The notes: generated from the letters alone by a model not told the origin. 64,000 nucleotides of DNA from Stegostoma tigrinum (GCF_030684315.1 NC_081397.1:11370421-11434420); one strand, 5' to 3'. Numbered from the stretch's first letter, positions 25,865 to 39,140 are shown. Program-made: numbers and translations.

Positions 25865-27335
25865 GTATGTTACACTGTCAGAGCACAGAATATCCTAGCC
25901 ACAGTGATAGCAGATTCAATGTCACACATTGAATGCAATTTCCAGAGAGATGTGTTCTAACCAAGAGTCAAACACCATTGAGGAAGTACCAGTGTATATC
26001 TTTTATTTGTACTGTCACTTCCAGCCCCTCAGTTCTAAACCATTTCACTTTTGAGGAATGACAGACTGAATCCTCATCCAAAATATATACACAGGAACAG
26101 CATGAAATCTGCATTCAGTAAGGTTACTTTTAGTGTTACAGTCAAGTGAACACATAGATGATGCTGTTAGTTTGACCAACCACATGGGAAGTAGATATGG
26201 AGTACAGATATTGAAGCAAACATTTCAGTTAGCAGTAACAGACAGACAATTATTATTTCAATGAATATTTGTCTCAATAGTCACAAAACTTAAATAAGGT
26301 GAATTCCAAATGCACGTGCTGTGCCAAAGACTGACATTGAGAGAATTGCTAATATACACTCTCACTCCCTCTCTTGCACCCTCCTCTCTCTCTCTCTCAC
26401 TATCAAATGCATAAACCATCCCAACACACATTCCAACATATAATAGCCATGCAATACCATATACATTGCAAGCAACAAGAAACTGTCACATCTGGAATGA
26501 TTTCTACTCACAGAACCATTGTCAGAGAGGCCTGCAGTCCTTCACATTATTGAGTCTGTACCGAGAATTCTCATCCCATTCATTCAACATTTCATTCACA
26601 TAAATGTATGATAGCAGCAGAGGAGCTGCCATCCCCACCTTTATCGCAACATCATTCTCCTTTTCTTCAACTTTCAGGAATAGAATTTGCTTTGTCTTTT
26701 TCAGTCCAGCAAGAAACCTCTGGTACCTCTTTCAAAATTAATCTCAATTTTCTATAAAGAGCCTGACATTCCTCCTGGCCCTCCCTAGAATGTATTGCAG
26801 AGAAATACCAAGATATCTGAATACAATTTTCACAATAAATCAGTTTAATCAATTGGTTACTTTTCAAAGCAGTGCACAAAATAAAAATAGACAAAATTGG
26901 TTTGCTTGGTAGGTTTGTGAAACACTCCTTTTGTTTCAAAGCAGAGTTGAACAGTGTTGATTGTTCAATAAATTGAGTTTCACACTTTAAATCTGCTGCA
27001 CTACAAGACAGAAAATAAACTTTCTTTTCCTTTCCACTTCCCTCCCATAGAACAACACAAGAGTACCAGTAATTGCTTCCACCATCACGGCACAGAGCAG
27101 GGTCATGTCCTGTCTACATCAGGGAATAAGTTCCCCGTTTGTCTTTTCTGTCCAAGCGACACTGTGTGGTCAGGCAGCTGCAATGCAGTTGAATTGTTCA
27201 CTGCCATTGGCTTTCACAGTTTACACTGATTGCTACTTTAGCATTACTCAGAAAAGCATATCACTACACACTGAAAAAGAAACAGATGTTATTCTGACAG
27301 TCAACACTTTATATCATTAATCCCTGTTCAACTCT

Positions 27336-28328
27336 GGAGTGGGGTTCCACAGGGCTCTGTCCTTGGGCCTCTACTGTTTGTAATTTTTATTAATGACTTG
27401 GACGAGGGAATTGAAGGATGGGTCAGCAAGTTTGCAGACGACACAAAGGTCGGAGGTGTCGTTGACAGTGTAGAGGGCTGTTGTAGGCTGCAGCGGGACA
27501 TTGACAGGATGCAGAGATGGGCTGAGAGGTGGCAGATGGAGTTCAACCTGGATAAATGCGAGGTGATGCATTTTGGAAGGTCGAATTTGAAAGCTGAGTA
27601 CAGGATTAAGGATAGGATTCTTGGCAGCGTGGAGGAACAGAGGGATCTTGGTGTGCAGATACATAGATCCCTTAAAATGGCCACCCAAGTGGACAGGGTT
27701 GTTAAGAAAGCATATGGTGTTTTGGCTTTCATTAACAGGGGGATTGAGTTTAAGAGTCGTGAGATCTTGTTGCAGCTCTATAAAACTTTGGTTAGACCGC
27801 ACTTGGAATACTGCGTCCAGTTCTGGGCGCCCTATTATAGGAAAGATGTGGATGCTTTGGAGAGGGTTCAGAGGAGGTTTACCAGGATGCTGCCTGGACT
27901 GGAGGGCTTATCTTATGAAGAGAGGTTGACTGAGCTCGGTCTCTTTTCATTGGAGAAAAGGAGGAGGAGAGGGGACCTAATTGAGGTATACAAGATAATG
28001 AGAGGCATAGATAGAGTCGATAGCCAGAGACTATTTCCCAGGGCAGAAATGGCTAGCACGAGGGGTCATAGTTTTAAGCTGGTTGGTGGAAAGTATAGAG
28101 GGGATGTCAGAGGCAGGTTCTTTACGCAGAGAGTTGTGAGAGCATGGAATGCGTTGCCAGCAGCAGTTGTGGAAGCAAGGTCATTGGGGTCATTTAAGAG
28201 ACTGCTGGACATGCATATGGTCACAGAAATTTGAGGGTGCATCCATGAGGATCAATGGTCGGCACAACATTGTGGGCTGAAGGGCCTGTTCTGTGCTGTA
28301 CTGTTCTATGTTCTATGTTCTATGTTCT
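27336..28328 (+). mobile_element. Young 5'-truncated CR1 LINE with intact C-terminal frame
   Basis: Uninterrupted 278-aa ORF 27398-28234, (TTCTATG)n tail, TSD AACTCT at 27330-27335 and 28329-28334. Confidence 0.96.
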
Positions 28329-29359
28329 AACTCTACACTATACAAGTTACAAAGGCCCATTGTGTTTCCAGTCTTGAATCTGAGGAACAGCACAGAATCC
28401 CTTCTGTAGCAGTGTGTTGCCTTTCACTTGCACATGATTCCCACAGGCACCAACAATTAAAAATCTTCGGTGGTTTCCCATTCACTACAGGAGACGGGAA
28501 CTGAGATACAGACTGGCAGCACGAGGGAAAACTCACTCACACACAGCCAGTGGATGCTAAAAGGAAAAGAATGAAGTACGGCCTCACAGTAATTTCCAGA
28601 TATGAACTGACTCTCAAAATCTCTGATTACACCTGAGGATATTGGACTATTACAGTGCCCAGTAGTGACAGATAGATTCTACTGCGCACTCAACCTCATG
28701 CACAATGTAAAAACAAACTGAGACTGAAATGCAATGCAGTTGAGTGCAATTGAAAAGAGTTTGACAGAGTTTACTACTCCGACACAAACCACAACTGAAC
28801 ATACAAAAATGAGATCCATGTACTCTCCCTGAGACTGTGGGAAACATATCAAAACTACCACAATCGTTATGAAAAGCCAGATACCCACAGAACTTATGTC
28901 ATATTGGCCTTTACAAATAGACGCTGACAATGAGTAGATGAAGTTCACATTCCGAACAATTACTGCGGAACTGCTGCATAAAAAAATCCCAGTACAGAGA
29001 CAGTGGGCTGAATGGTCTGCTCCTATGCTGTACCATATCTGTGATTCTGATTTTGGTGAGAAACAAGCAGTTTAATCAGTGGTACCACAGATCTCAGGCT
29101 GTCTGACCAAATAGGAAATATGTGACAATTTGTCAGAATGGTTCTCAGAATAAAGCAGTTCCCCTCCTGTTATCACCCCATGTCCTGAACTTCCTCACCC
29201 CCCCTCACCTACCACACGGACTGACACTCAACTCATAAATCACACACTGCAGAAGAGATTCAGAGCCAGCCTCAACACCCTAACAATAACTATCACAGAG
29301 TGATTTGTACAGTCACAGAGAATAATACTGGCCTTCAGAGACTTAGCCATTTTGATACA

Positions 29360-29930
29360 TGAGGAGAAACTGACACGTACAGATTGATAACTACACCCAC
29401 TTGTTCATATTGCCGAAACACCCAAATGATGACAACACATTGACTACAATGTAAAGGTGTGACTGTAGTTATCAGTCTCTCTTGGTTTCTGCTAATGTCA
29501 GTCATGCATTCACATTGCAGGAACTGTCAGGGAGAGATGAATAACTTCACCCTCATTCTCAAAGCTAAAATGGGCATACGCAATGATAACTACACTCCCA
29601 GATTCACAGAGCATAAACTGACAAGTATAGTCTGTTAACTAGACTCTCCTATTTACAGAGCAGAATCTCACAGGTACATGTTGGGAACAGCACCCACACA
29701 TTCACCAAGCAGGAACTGACAGGTGTACTTCGATAAGTGCATTTACACACTGACAAGGCAGAAACGGAGAGGCATGGACTGGGAACTCATATTCACACAA
29801 CAGAAGCTGACAGATACAGATTAATGTTGTCACTCTCAATTCTCAGAGCAGAAACTGACAGATACAGGCTGGTAAATACAGTCATACATTTACATATGTG
29901 AAACTGACAGGTATATGTAGATAAATATCT
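29360..29930 (+). repeat. Degenerate ~48-bp satellite array
   Basis: Same unit as 20370-22030. Confidence 0.75.
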
Positions 29931-29934
29931 TGAT

Positions 29935-30800
29935 TATAGAAATGATTTGGAGTTGGGTATTGAGGATAAAATCTCTAAATGCGCAGGTGATACTAAGCCA
30001 GGGAGAAGAGTGAATTGTGCGGATGATACTGAGTGACTTCACAGGGACATTGACAAGTTGGCCAAATGGGCAGAGACCTGGCAGATAAATTTCAATGCAG
30101 AAAAATATGAGCTCATGCATTTTGCGAATAAAAACACAGAGAAACAATACAAGCTTAAGGGTACAGCTTTGAGGGTAGTATTGGAGCAGAGAGATCTTGG
30201 GGTTCATGTGCAATATTCTCTGAAGGTGGCCAGGCAAGTTGAAACAGTTGAGAAGCAGGTTCAAAGGATCTTTGAATTTAAAAATAGAGGCATTGAGTCT
30301 CAAAGGAAGGACGTAATGCTACGCCTCTACAAATCATTGCTAAGACCACATTGCTCAGACTAGATTTGTGTTCAGTTCTGGACACCTTATTTAAGGAAGA
30401 AGCCTCTGGGGAGGGTTCAAAGAAGATTACTAGAATGATAGCAGGATTTTACTGACAAGGAAAGATTAATGAAATCAGGCTTATTCCCCTTGGAGCAGAG
30501 AAGATTAAAAGGAAACCTTATGGAGGTGTTCACAATTATGAAGAATTTTGAGAGAGTGAAGTTCAATACTCTATTTACACTATGTCAGTAACCAGGGGTC
30601 ACAGTTTCAAGATTGTCACCAAGACAGCGAGGAGTGAGATGAGGAGAAACATCTTTACTCGGAGCATTGTTAGGATTTGGAATGCGCTCCCTGGGAGAGT
30701 GGTGGAGGTGGATTCCATGTGAGGTATGAAAAGAGAGCTGGATATATATTTGAAAATGATGAAGTTTAGAGGGTCATGTAGATGGGGCTGGAGAACAATC
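29935..30800 (+). mobile_element. Old CR1 fragment
   Basis: ORF 30058-30363 WQINFNAEKYE..QRDLGVHV. Confidence 0.85.
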
Positions 30801-31211
30801 CTGCCTATAATTATTTCCAGCTCACCACAATTATAAAATAAATGCAGAGTAGATTCAGTTCTTTATGTCATCTGTCCTGACCCACTAACCAGGAGATTAA
30901 ATAGTTATTCAAGTTAGGAATGGACAGCACAAAATTTCAAATCCCTGCCATCATGGATCAGATCATGTTACAGCAGAAGAAATTGGCCCACTCAGAGTTA
31001 TGTGAGAGACAGTTATTCCAATGGCTTCTCAAGGCAAATTCATGTTTGGAGTTGATGTCTGGCTGAGTGAATGGGAAGAAAGCTTAGCCATTTCTCAGCT
31101 GCAGAAACCTGACGCTCCTCTGTCTTCTCTTCCTTCTCCCCCTTATTTGCTGGAAGGAACAATTGCTATCCATCAATTTGTGAGGCATTGAAGGGATTCT
31201 TCTGTGCTGTC

Positions 31212-31343
31212 TCACAATGTCCACGGAAGATTGACAGAAACATTTCCCTCTTCACCTTGACCTGGTTCCTCATCCCCTCGCATATCTGTGTGCCTCAGGG
31301 TGGTGTATGTGATGCAGGATGGTTGCTGGTCTGCTTGCTCAGC
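31212..31343 (-). CDS. Paralogous terminal exon of the ITIM-bearing Ig receptor (alternative last exon or pseudogene remnant)
   Basis: tgtcctattttcag| phase-0 acceptor. AEQADQQPSCITYTTLRHTDMRGDEEPGQGEEGNVSVNLPWTL* aligns with DAKPDPNDSCITYATL...DGNVYENIPLK* at 49932-50051. Confidence 0.65.
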   Translation of the reverse strand, partial: AEQADQQPSCITYTTLRHTDMRGDEEPGQGEEGNVSVNLPWTL

Positions 31344-31394
31344 CTGAAAATAGGACAATACAGAAACATAGTAAATGAGGAGCAGGAGCAAAAT

Positions 31395-33060
31395 CGGTGG
31401 CCTCATGGACAGTGAAGGTGGTTATCTCAGAGTACAACGGGAACTTGATCAACTGGGCCAATGGGCCGAGGACTGGCAGGTAGAGTTTAATTTAGACAAA
31501 TATAGAGGTGTTGCATCTTTGGTGAGGCAAACCAGGGCAGGTTAATGGTAGGGCCCTAGGGAGTGTTGTCAAACAGAGGTATTGAGGGGTGCAGGCACAC
31601 AGTTGCATAAAGTGGAGTCCCAGGCGGACGGCAAGTTTGGAACAGTTGCCTTCATCAGTTCCAACACTGAGTGTAGGAGTTGGGATGTTATGATGTGGCT
31701 GTACAAGACATTTTGCCCCTAAGAACTCCATGCAACTAATTGAACAACATTCACTGTTCTGGTCCCGACTACTTTCTGTGACAGGGAATCCCATTGGCTC
31801 CCCACCCTCTAGGTGAAGACATTTCTCCCCATCCTCAGCCCTTCCCCGTCTCCTTTCAACTGTGACCCCCTGAGTGTGGACTCACGTGCCCTCAGCCCCC
31901 ACTCCGGCCATCAGCAACATCTGTGTTTACCCGTATTAAGTCCCGTTGAAGTTTCACAGGTTTCTATGAGATCGAACCTCAATCTTCGAAACTCCAGTGA
32001 ATATAATCCTCACCGATCCAGTCTTTCCTTATCCATCAGACCTGCCATCCCAGGATTCAGTCTGGGAAACTTCGGCTGCACTCCCTCCATAGCCAGGACA
32101 TCCTTCCTCAGAGACGGAGACCCCACTCTGCAGACACAATACAGCAGGAAGTGGTCTCTCCCTGTACAATTGCAGCAAGACAGCCTTGCTCCTGGACTGG
32201 AACCCTCTCACTATGAAGGCCAACATCCCAATTCCCTTCTTCACCATCTGCTGCTCCTGTAATGCTCACTGTCAGTGACTGTTGTATGAGGTACATCCAG
32301 GACTTGGAGCACCCCCACATCCCAATCCGGCAGATAAAAACCCAATTTCCTGGTTTTGCACCCAAAGCAGATCATGTCACTCTGATCTACATTAAACTGT
32401 GTGAATCATCTCAGTGTTGAGTCTACAAGCTGGACATTCGGAGGGGGTGGCTGGTGAACGTGGGGATGTGGAGGGAGTGGATGGTGAGAATAACAAACTT
32501 TATCTGGAAGACACTGAGAGTGTATGGCATGAGCTGTGAACATCTGGGGTTGTTACACAGACCAGTTCCTCTTAGAAAAGCACACAGTTGGAACAACTTT
32601 GAAACGGATGATGACGAATGTTATTTCTCTGTACTCTGAACAGGATGTGGCCAGTTCTGCCAAGGTGGCAAGTGGATGCCAATCTCGAAATATCCTTGAA
32701 TGGATCGACATTCTCGGCCTGAAGGCAATGAGGAGTTTGCAAAGGTTTAGGAGTCACGTGCAGAGCAGATCAGGTGAGAATGGCAGATTTTGCTCCCATA
32801 AGAACCATCAGAGACAGGAATGGGAGTAGGCCATTCGGCCCCTCAATCCTGCTCCACCATTCAAAAGGACTGTGGCTGATCCAACATTCCTCATGTCCAC
32901 TTTTCTGCTCTTCCCTTTGATTCCCCGATTGATCAAGAATCTGTCAATCCCAGCCTTAAATCTGCCTTCCCCCTGCTGCCACAAATACACACAGCTCCCT
33001 GTAGCAAGGAGTTCCAAAGTCTCTTATCTCCCTGAGAGAAGAAATAACTTCTCATGTCAG
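31395..33060. mobile_element. Mixed-orientation CR1 fragments
   Basis: Plus-strand fragment ~31395-31710, minus-strand fragments ~31710-32400 and ~32800-33060, with CR1 motifs. Confidence 0.7.
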
Positions 33061-33344
33061 TCTTCACTATTGAACCAGATGGTTCTTTGCTTCTTACAAT
33101 GGTCATCATTGGAGTCTTAACTCCAGATCTGTTTTGTTTAAAGTAGAAGTCAAAATCCACCGCATGCCACAGCAAGATTTAAATTCAAGCCCTCACAGTA
33201 TATCCCGGCCATCTGACAGAATAGGATATTGCCTCCCCATTATTTCAGAAATTGAAAATGAATCATATCAAAGTGCAGTGTTCAGGTCAGCATAATTTGC
33301 CCCACACCATTGAGCCAAACATCGACAGCAGTGGAATCCCTACA

Positions 33345-33618
33345 TTGTAGAAGTAGGCCATTCAGCCCATTGAGTGCATACCAACCCTCTGAACAGCATC
33401 CCACACAGACCCACTCCTGTAACCGATCCCTGTACCCGTTCACTTTCCATGGTTACTCTCCCTAATGTACCCACCACCGGACACTATGAACAATTTAGCA
33501 TGACCAATCCACCGAACCTGCACACCTTTAGACAATGGGAGAAGACTGGAGCACCCGGTGGAAACCACACAGACAATATGAGGCAGCAGTGCTAACCACT
33601 GAGCCACCGTGCTGCCCA
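33345..33618 (-). mobile_element. tRNA-derived V-SINE (HE1-like)
   Basis: Head GGGCAGCACGGTGGCTCAGTGGTTAGCACTGCTGCCTCA (A box) on minus, V-domain-like core, CR1-like tail. Confidence 0.8.
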
Positions 33619-33814
33619 GTGTTTTTGCTGTGTAGGGCTTGCTTAGCTCAGTTGACTGTCTGGTCGTGCTGAAAGCGTGTGGTTCAGTTTCTGCACTGGT
33701 TGAGATTGCTGGGAATGATCGTCGCCCTTTGCCTTAGATGTGGTGACCCTCAGGTTAAACAGTAAAACAGTTGTTGCTGTTGTCTCTCTGTCTCAGCCTC
33801 TGTCTCTCACTCTC

Positions 33815-33845
<31 letters not shown>

Positions 33846-33874
33846 GCAAGCTTTTTCACTACAAAATAACTTAG

Positions 33875-33906
33875 GTGTTTCCCGCCTGATGCAACATCAC
33901 AGTGAG
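33875..33906 (-). pseudogene. Paralog of the 35-nt cytoplasmic exon with a disrupted donor
   Basis: Strong acceptor tcttttcttttatttacag|, (A)HCDVASGGKH, phase 1 to 0, followed by CTAAGT instead of GTAAGT. Confidence 0.4.
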
Positions 33907-34194
33907 CTGTAAATAAAAGAAAAGACACTTTCATGACAGAATGCATCTAAATGCACGGGGAGAGGGTGTAGAGGCAGATTCACCAGGATGTTGCCTTCGA
34001 CACTGGAGAGTGCCAGTGATGGAGAGAAATTGGACAGACTGGGGTTATTATCCTTAGAGCAGAGGAGATTGAGACACTGGACACGATTGGAATGTATCAA
34101 ATGATGAGGGACCATAGATTGGGTGAGCAAGAAGAAATGTTTCCTCCTTGATGGAGGGACCAATGAGGGACAACGTTTTCACCCAGAAGCTGTG

Positions 34195-37147
34195 GAGAAG
34201 GAGTGGATTAGGCAAAATGGGAGGATATTTAATTGGGGAATAGGAAACTATGACGTGATTAGACATGAGTTAGGAAGCATGGACTGGGAGCAATTGTTCC
34301 ATGGTAAGGGAACTATAGACATGTGGAGACTGTTTGAGGAACAGTTGTTGCGAGTGATGAGTAAATATGTCCCTCTGAGACAGGCAAGAAGGGGTAGGAT
34401 AAAGGAACCTTAGATGATGAGAGCGGTGGAGCTTCTTGTGAAAAGGAAGAAGGTAGCTTACATAAGGTGGAGGAAGCTAGGGTCAAGTTCAGCTAGAGAG
34501 GATTACATGCAGGCAAGGAAGGAGCTCAAAAATGGTCTGAGGAGAGCCAGGAGGGGGCACGAGAAAGGCTTGGCAGAAGGAATCAGGGAAAACACAAAGG
34601 CATTTTGCACTTATGTGAGGAATAAGAGAATGGTCAAAGAAAGAGTAGGGCCAATCAGGGATAGCATAGGGAACTTGTGTGTGGAGTCTGAGGAGGTAGG
34701 GGAAGCCCTAAATGAGTTTTTTGCTTCTGTCTTTATGAAAGAAATGAACTTTGTAGTGAATGAAACCTTTGAAGAGCAGGTGTGCATGCTGGAATGGATA
34801 GAGATAGACGAAGCTGATGTGCTGAAAATTTTGTCAAACATTAAGATTGACAAGTCACCAGGCCCAGACCAGATTTGTCCTCGGCTGCTTTGGGAAGCGA
34901 GAAATGCAATTGCTTCGCCACTTGCGAAGATCTTTGCATCCTCGCTCTCCACTGGAGTCGTACCTGAGTACTGGAGAGAGGCAAATGTAATTCCTCTCTT
35001 CAAGAAAGGAAATCGGGAAACCCCCGGCAATTACAGACCAGTAAGTCTCACGTCCGTCGTCTGCAAGGTGTTAGAAAGGATTCTGAGGGATAGGATTTAT
35101 GACCATCTGGAAGAGCATAGCTTGATCAAATACAGTCAACACGGCTTTGTGAGGGGTAGGTCATGCCTCACAAACCTTATTGAGTTTTTTGAGGATGTGA
35201 CTAGAAAAGTTGATGAGGGTCGAGCTGTGGATGTGGTGTATATGGACTGCAGTAAGGCATTTGATAAGGTTCCCCATGGTAGGCTCATTCAGAAGGTCAG
35301 GTGGAATGGGATACAGCGGAACTTAGCTGCATGGATACAGAATTGGCTGGCCAACAGAAGACAGCGAGTGGCAGTAGAAGGAAAATATTCTGCCTGGAAG
35401 TCAGTGGTGAGTGGGGTTCCACAGGGCTCTGTCCTTGGGCCTCTACTGTTTGTAATTTTTATTAATGACTTGGATGAGGGGATTGAAGGATGGGTCAGCA
35501 AGTTTGCAGATGACACAAAGGTTGGAGGTGTCGTTGACAGTACAGAGGGCTGCTGTAGGCTGTAACGGGACATTGACAGGATGCAGAGATGGGCTGAGAG
35601 GTGGCAGATGGAGTTCAACCTGGATAAATGCGAGGTGATGCATTTTGGAAGGTCGAATTTGAAAGCTGAGTACAGGATTAAGGATAGGATTCTTGGCAGT
35701 TTGGAGGAACAGAGGGATCTTGGTGTGCAGATACATAGATCCCTTAAAATGGCCACCCAAGTGGACAGGGTTGTTAAGAAAGCATATGGTGTTTTGGCTT
35801 TCATTAACAGGGGGATTGAATTTAAGAGTCGTGAGATCTTGTTGCAGCTCTATAAAACTTTGGTTAGACCGCACTTGGAATACTGCGTCCAGTTCTGGTC
35901 GCCCTATTATAGGAAAGATGTGGATGCTTTGGAGAGGGTTCAGAGGAGGTTTACCAGGATGCTGCCTGGACTGGAGGGCTAATCTTATGAAGAGAGGTTG
36001 ACTGAGCTCGGACTCTTTTCATTGGAGAAAGGAGGAGGAGAGGGGACCTAATTGAGGTATACAAGATAATGAGAGGCATAGATAGAGTTGATAGAACATA
36101 GAACATAGAACAGTACAGCACAGAACAGGCCCTTCAGCCCACAATGTTGTGCCGACCATTGATCCTCATGTATGCACCCTCAAATTTCTGTGACCATATG
36201 CATGTCCAGCAGTCTCTTAAATGACCCCAATGACCTTGCTTCCACAACTGCTGCTGGCAACGCATTCCATGCTCTCACAACTCTCTGTGTAAAGAACCCG
36301 CCTCTGACATCCCCTCTATACTTTCCACCAACCAGCTTAAAACTATGACCCCTCGTGCTAGCCATTTCTGCCCTGGGAAATAGTCTCTGGCTATCGACTC
36401 TATCTATGCCTCTCATTATCTTGTATACCTCAATTAGGTCCCCTCTCCTCCTCCTTTTCTCCAATGAAAAGAGACCGAGCTCAGTCAACCTCTCTTCATA
36501 AGATAAGCCCTCCAGTCCAGGCAGCATCCTGGTAAACCTCCTCTGAACCCTCTCCAAAGCATCCACATCTTTCCTATAATAGGGCGCCCAGAACTGGACG
36601 CAGTATTCCAAGTGCGGACTAACCAAAGTTTTATAGAGCTGCAACAAGATCTCACGACTCTTAAACTCAATCCCCCTGTTAATGAAAGCCAAAACACCAT
36701 ATGCTTTCTTAACAACCCTGTCCACTTGGGTGGCCATTTTAAGGGATCTATGTATCTGCACACCAAGATCCCTCTGTTCCTCCACGCTGCCAAGAATCCT
36801 ATCCTTAATCCTGTACTCAGCTTTCAAATTCAACCTTCCAAAATGCATCACCTCGCATTTATCCAGGTTGAACTCCATCTGCCACCTCTCAGCCCATCTC
36901 TGCATCCTGTCAATGTCCCGCTGCAGCCTACAACAGCCCTCTACACTGTCAACGACACCTCCGACCTTTGTGTCGTCTGCAAACTTGCTGACCCATCCTT
37001 CAATTCCCTCGTCCAAGTTGATAGCCAGAGACTATTTCCCAGGGCAGAAATGGCTAGCACGAGGGGTCATAGTTTTAAGCTGGTTGGAGGAAAGTATAGA
37101 GGGGATGTCAGAGGCGGGTTCTTTACACAGAGAGTTGTGAGAGCATG
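34195..37147 (+). mobile_element. Young CR1 ORF2 segment (host), with premature stops and no 3' tail
   Basis: ORFs 34123-34413, 34414-35565 and 35581-35982 (RT domain). Resumes at 37025-37147 after the nested insertion. Confidence 0.95.
36095..37015 (-). mobile_element. Young CR1 copy inserted antisense into a CR1 of the same family
   Basis: Intact 278-aa ORF 36180-37016, tail at ~36091-36112, TSD AGTTGATAG at 36086-36094 and 37016-37024. Confidence 0.96.
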
Positions 37148-37494
37148 TTATTCCGAATGGGAATATTGGGAATTGGGGAATGTTGGGACACTGAATAAAT
37201 TGGAGGAGGAGACAGACAGATTTGTAATCTATGATGGGGAATGGGAGTAGGGGCAGGAAACTGGATCTGAGGCCAAGATAGGATCAGCTGTGCCGTATCA
37301 AATGGGGCCACAGGCACCCAAGAGGCTGAATGGTCTCCTCCTGCTCCTAGCCCTTAAGTTGTATTGGTCAATCAGTTGCCTGAGCACATTTTAGTGTGGG
37401 TGGTACAGACAGTAGCGACAGAAAGCTCTTATTCTGAGGTGCTAAAGTGTGTAATCCATCACAGGTCACTCAGTAAGAGTCAATGTAAGACCCA

Positions 37495-38290
37495 TATGAT
37501 AACAGCAGAATTAGGCTGTTTGGCCCATCGAGTCTGCTTTGCCATATGATTGTGGCCAAGAACCCCATTCTCCTGCCTTCTCCCCCTCGGCCTTGATCTC
37601 TTCACCAGTCAAGAACCTATCTATCACTGTCTTAAAGACATTCAATGAGTTCCGCAGATTCGCCACCCTCTGGCTGAAGAAGTTTCTGCTCATCTCAGTT
37701 TGAAAAGATCATCCCTTCATGCTGAGGCTGTGCCCCTCATGTCCTGGTCTCTATCCAGGCCTCTCAGTATTCTGTAAGTTTCAATTGGATTCTCCCTCAT
37801 CCTTCTAAGCTCCATTGAGCACAGACACGCAGTCTTCCCCACTCCTCATTAGACAAGCCCTTCATTCCTGGGATCTTGTAAACCTCCTGTGGACCCCCAT
37901 CCAAGGCTAGCACATCCTTCCTGAAATACAGGGCCCAAAGCTGCTCACAATACTCCAAATACGATCTGACCAGAGCCTTATACAGCTTCAGTGGTACGTC
38001 TGTTCTTGTATTCTAGCCCTCTTGAAATGAATTGAAATGAACTGCCGAATGAACTTGCATGTTAACCTTAAGAGAATCCTGAAGTAGGACTCCTGAAGTA
38101 AGGCATTAGATTTCCGAAGACTTCCCCCTTTGAAAAATGGTCTATGCCTCTATTCCCACCAAAGTGCATCACCTCACACTTTCCCCCATTGTATTCCATT
38201 TGCGATATCTTTGCCCTCTCTCTGAGCCTGTTCAATTCCTTCTGCAGCCTCTCTGCTTCCTCACCATGATCTGTCCCTCCACCAAACTTT
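37495..38290 (-). mobile_element. Old CR1 fragment
   Basis: ORF 37511-37693 RNFFSQRVANL, reverse-oriented CR1 3' end. Confidence 0.8.
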
Positions 38291-38539
38291 CAGTCACCAA
38301 AGAAACAGGAAATGACAACCCTCCCTGTGTAAACAATGCTGGACCCAGAGCGAATGGCTCCTTGCCCCTGAGACCCAGGCCAGAGGAGACCACACTCAGA
38401 CATTAAGCAGTTGTAATGCGGTAATAAACAGATTGATGTCTCAGTGCCCAAACTCTCGGTGTCTCCTCGAAACAAAATGAACAATATAGCAGTTAGCTCT
38501 CAGTGTACATTTCCCTCTTCCAATTCAATTCAATGACTG

Positions 38540-38960
38540 CTGCTTGGAATTCCCGTGTGTGTCTATGTTTGGCTTGGACTACTATGGTTACCGTGTCCCA
38601 GTTAAACTGATGGCCTTCACTGTCAGTGTACCAGTAGTAAGAAGAGTTTATTGTGCCATTTTGCTGCTAGCAGATGTTCATGTGTCCTGATGGCTAGTTT
38701 CCTTCCTGTCTGTCTAAGGTAATGGTTTCAGCAGTTGTTGCTTGGTATTTTGTCGACCACATTAGTTTGCATGTTGTGAGAATGCGGTCTTTCATCCTTT
38801 TGAGTGTTTATCATAAAGTGGCTGTGGGCTTGTGTGCTCCCCTGATTCCTTGTGGTCTGAGGAGACTTCTTGTCTGTTCTGATATGTTCTTGATGTCGGG
38901 AATATGGTCAGTGTGGTAGGGTGTACTATTTCCTCCTGTTGTCCGAAATAAATGTTGACT
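38540..38960 (-). mobile_element. Penelope-like fragment (RT thumb to GIY-YIG)
   Basis: IPDIKNISEQTRSLLRPQGIRGAHKPTATL, then NVVDKIP..HYLRQTGRKLAIRTHEH. Confidence 0.8.
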
Positions 38961-39140
38961 CCCGGGGCAATTCCATCCTGACTGTATACCACTGTGCCAC
39001 CACCTCTGCAGGGTCTGTCTGCTGGTGGGACATGACATCTCCAGGGATGGTGATGGTGGTGTCTGGGACATTGTCTGTAAGGTATGATTCTGAGTATAAT
39101 GCTGACTCTCCGGATTGTGACATGAGCCCCCAGATGTTAG
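38961..39140 (-). mobile_element. LINE APE-endonuclease fragment
   Basis: SESYLTDNVPDTTITIPG..SHQQ..VYSQDG resembles the TE.WL...I.GY...R.DR...GGV motif. Confidence 0.5.

Noticed and set aside
33098-33128. 31-nt candidate exon upstream of the duplicate terminal exon
   Set aside because: Poor polypyrimidine tract, a stop codon in the phase-1 frame, and no similarity to the receptor exons.
33580-33618. tRNA gene
   Set aside because: tRNA-derived SINE head only, with no complete cloverleaf.
36612-37250. 212-aa chimeric ORF
   Set aside because: Antisense frame of the nested CR1 running by chance into the host CR1 frame.
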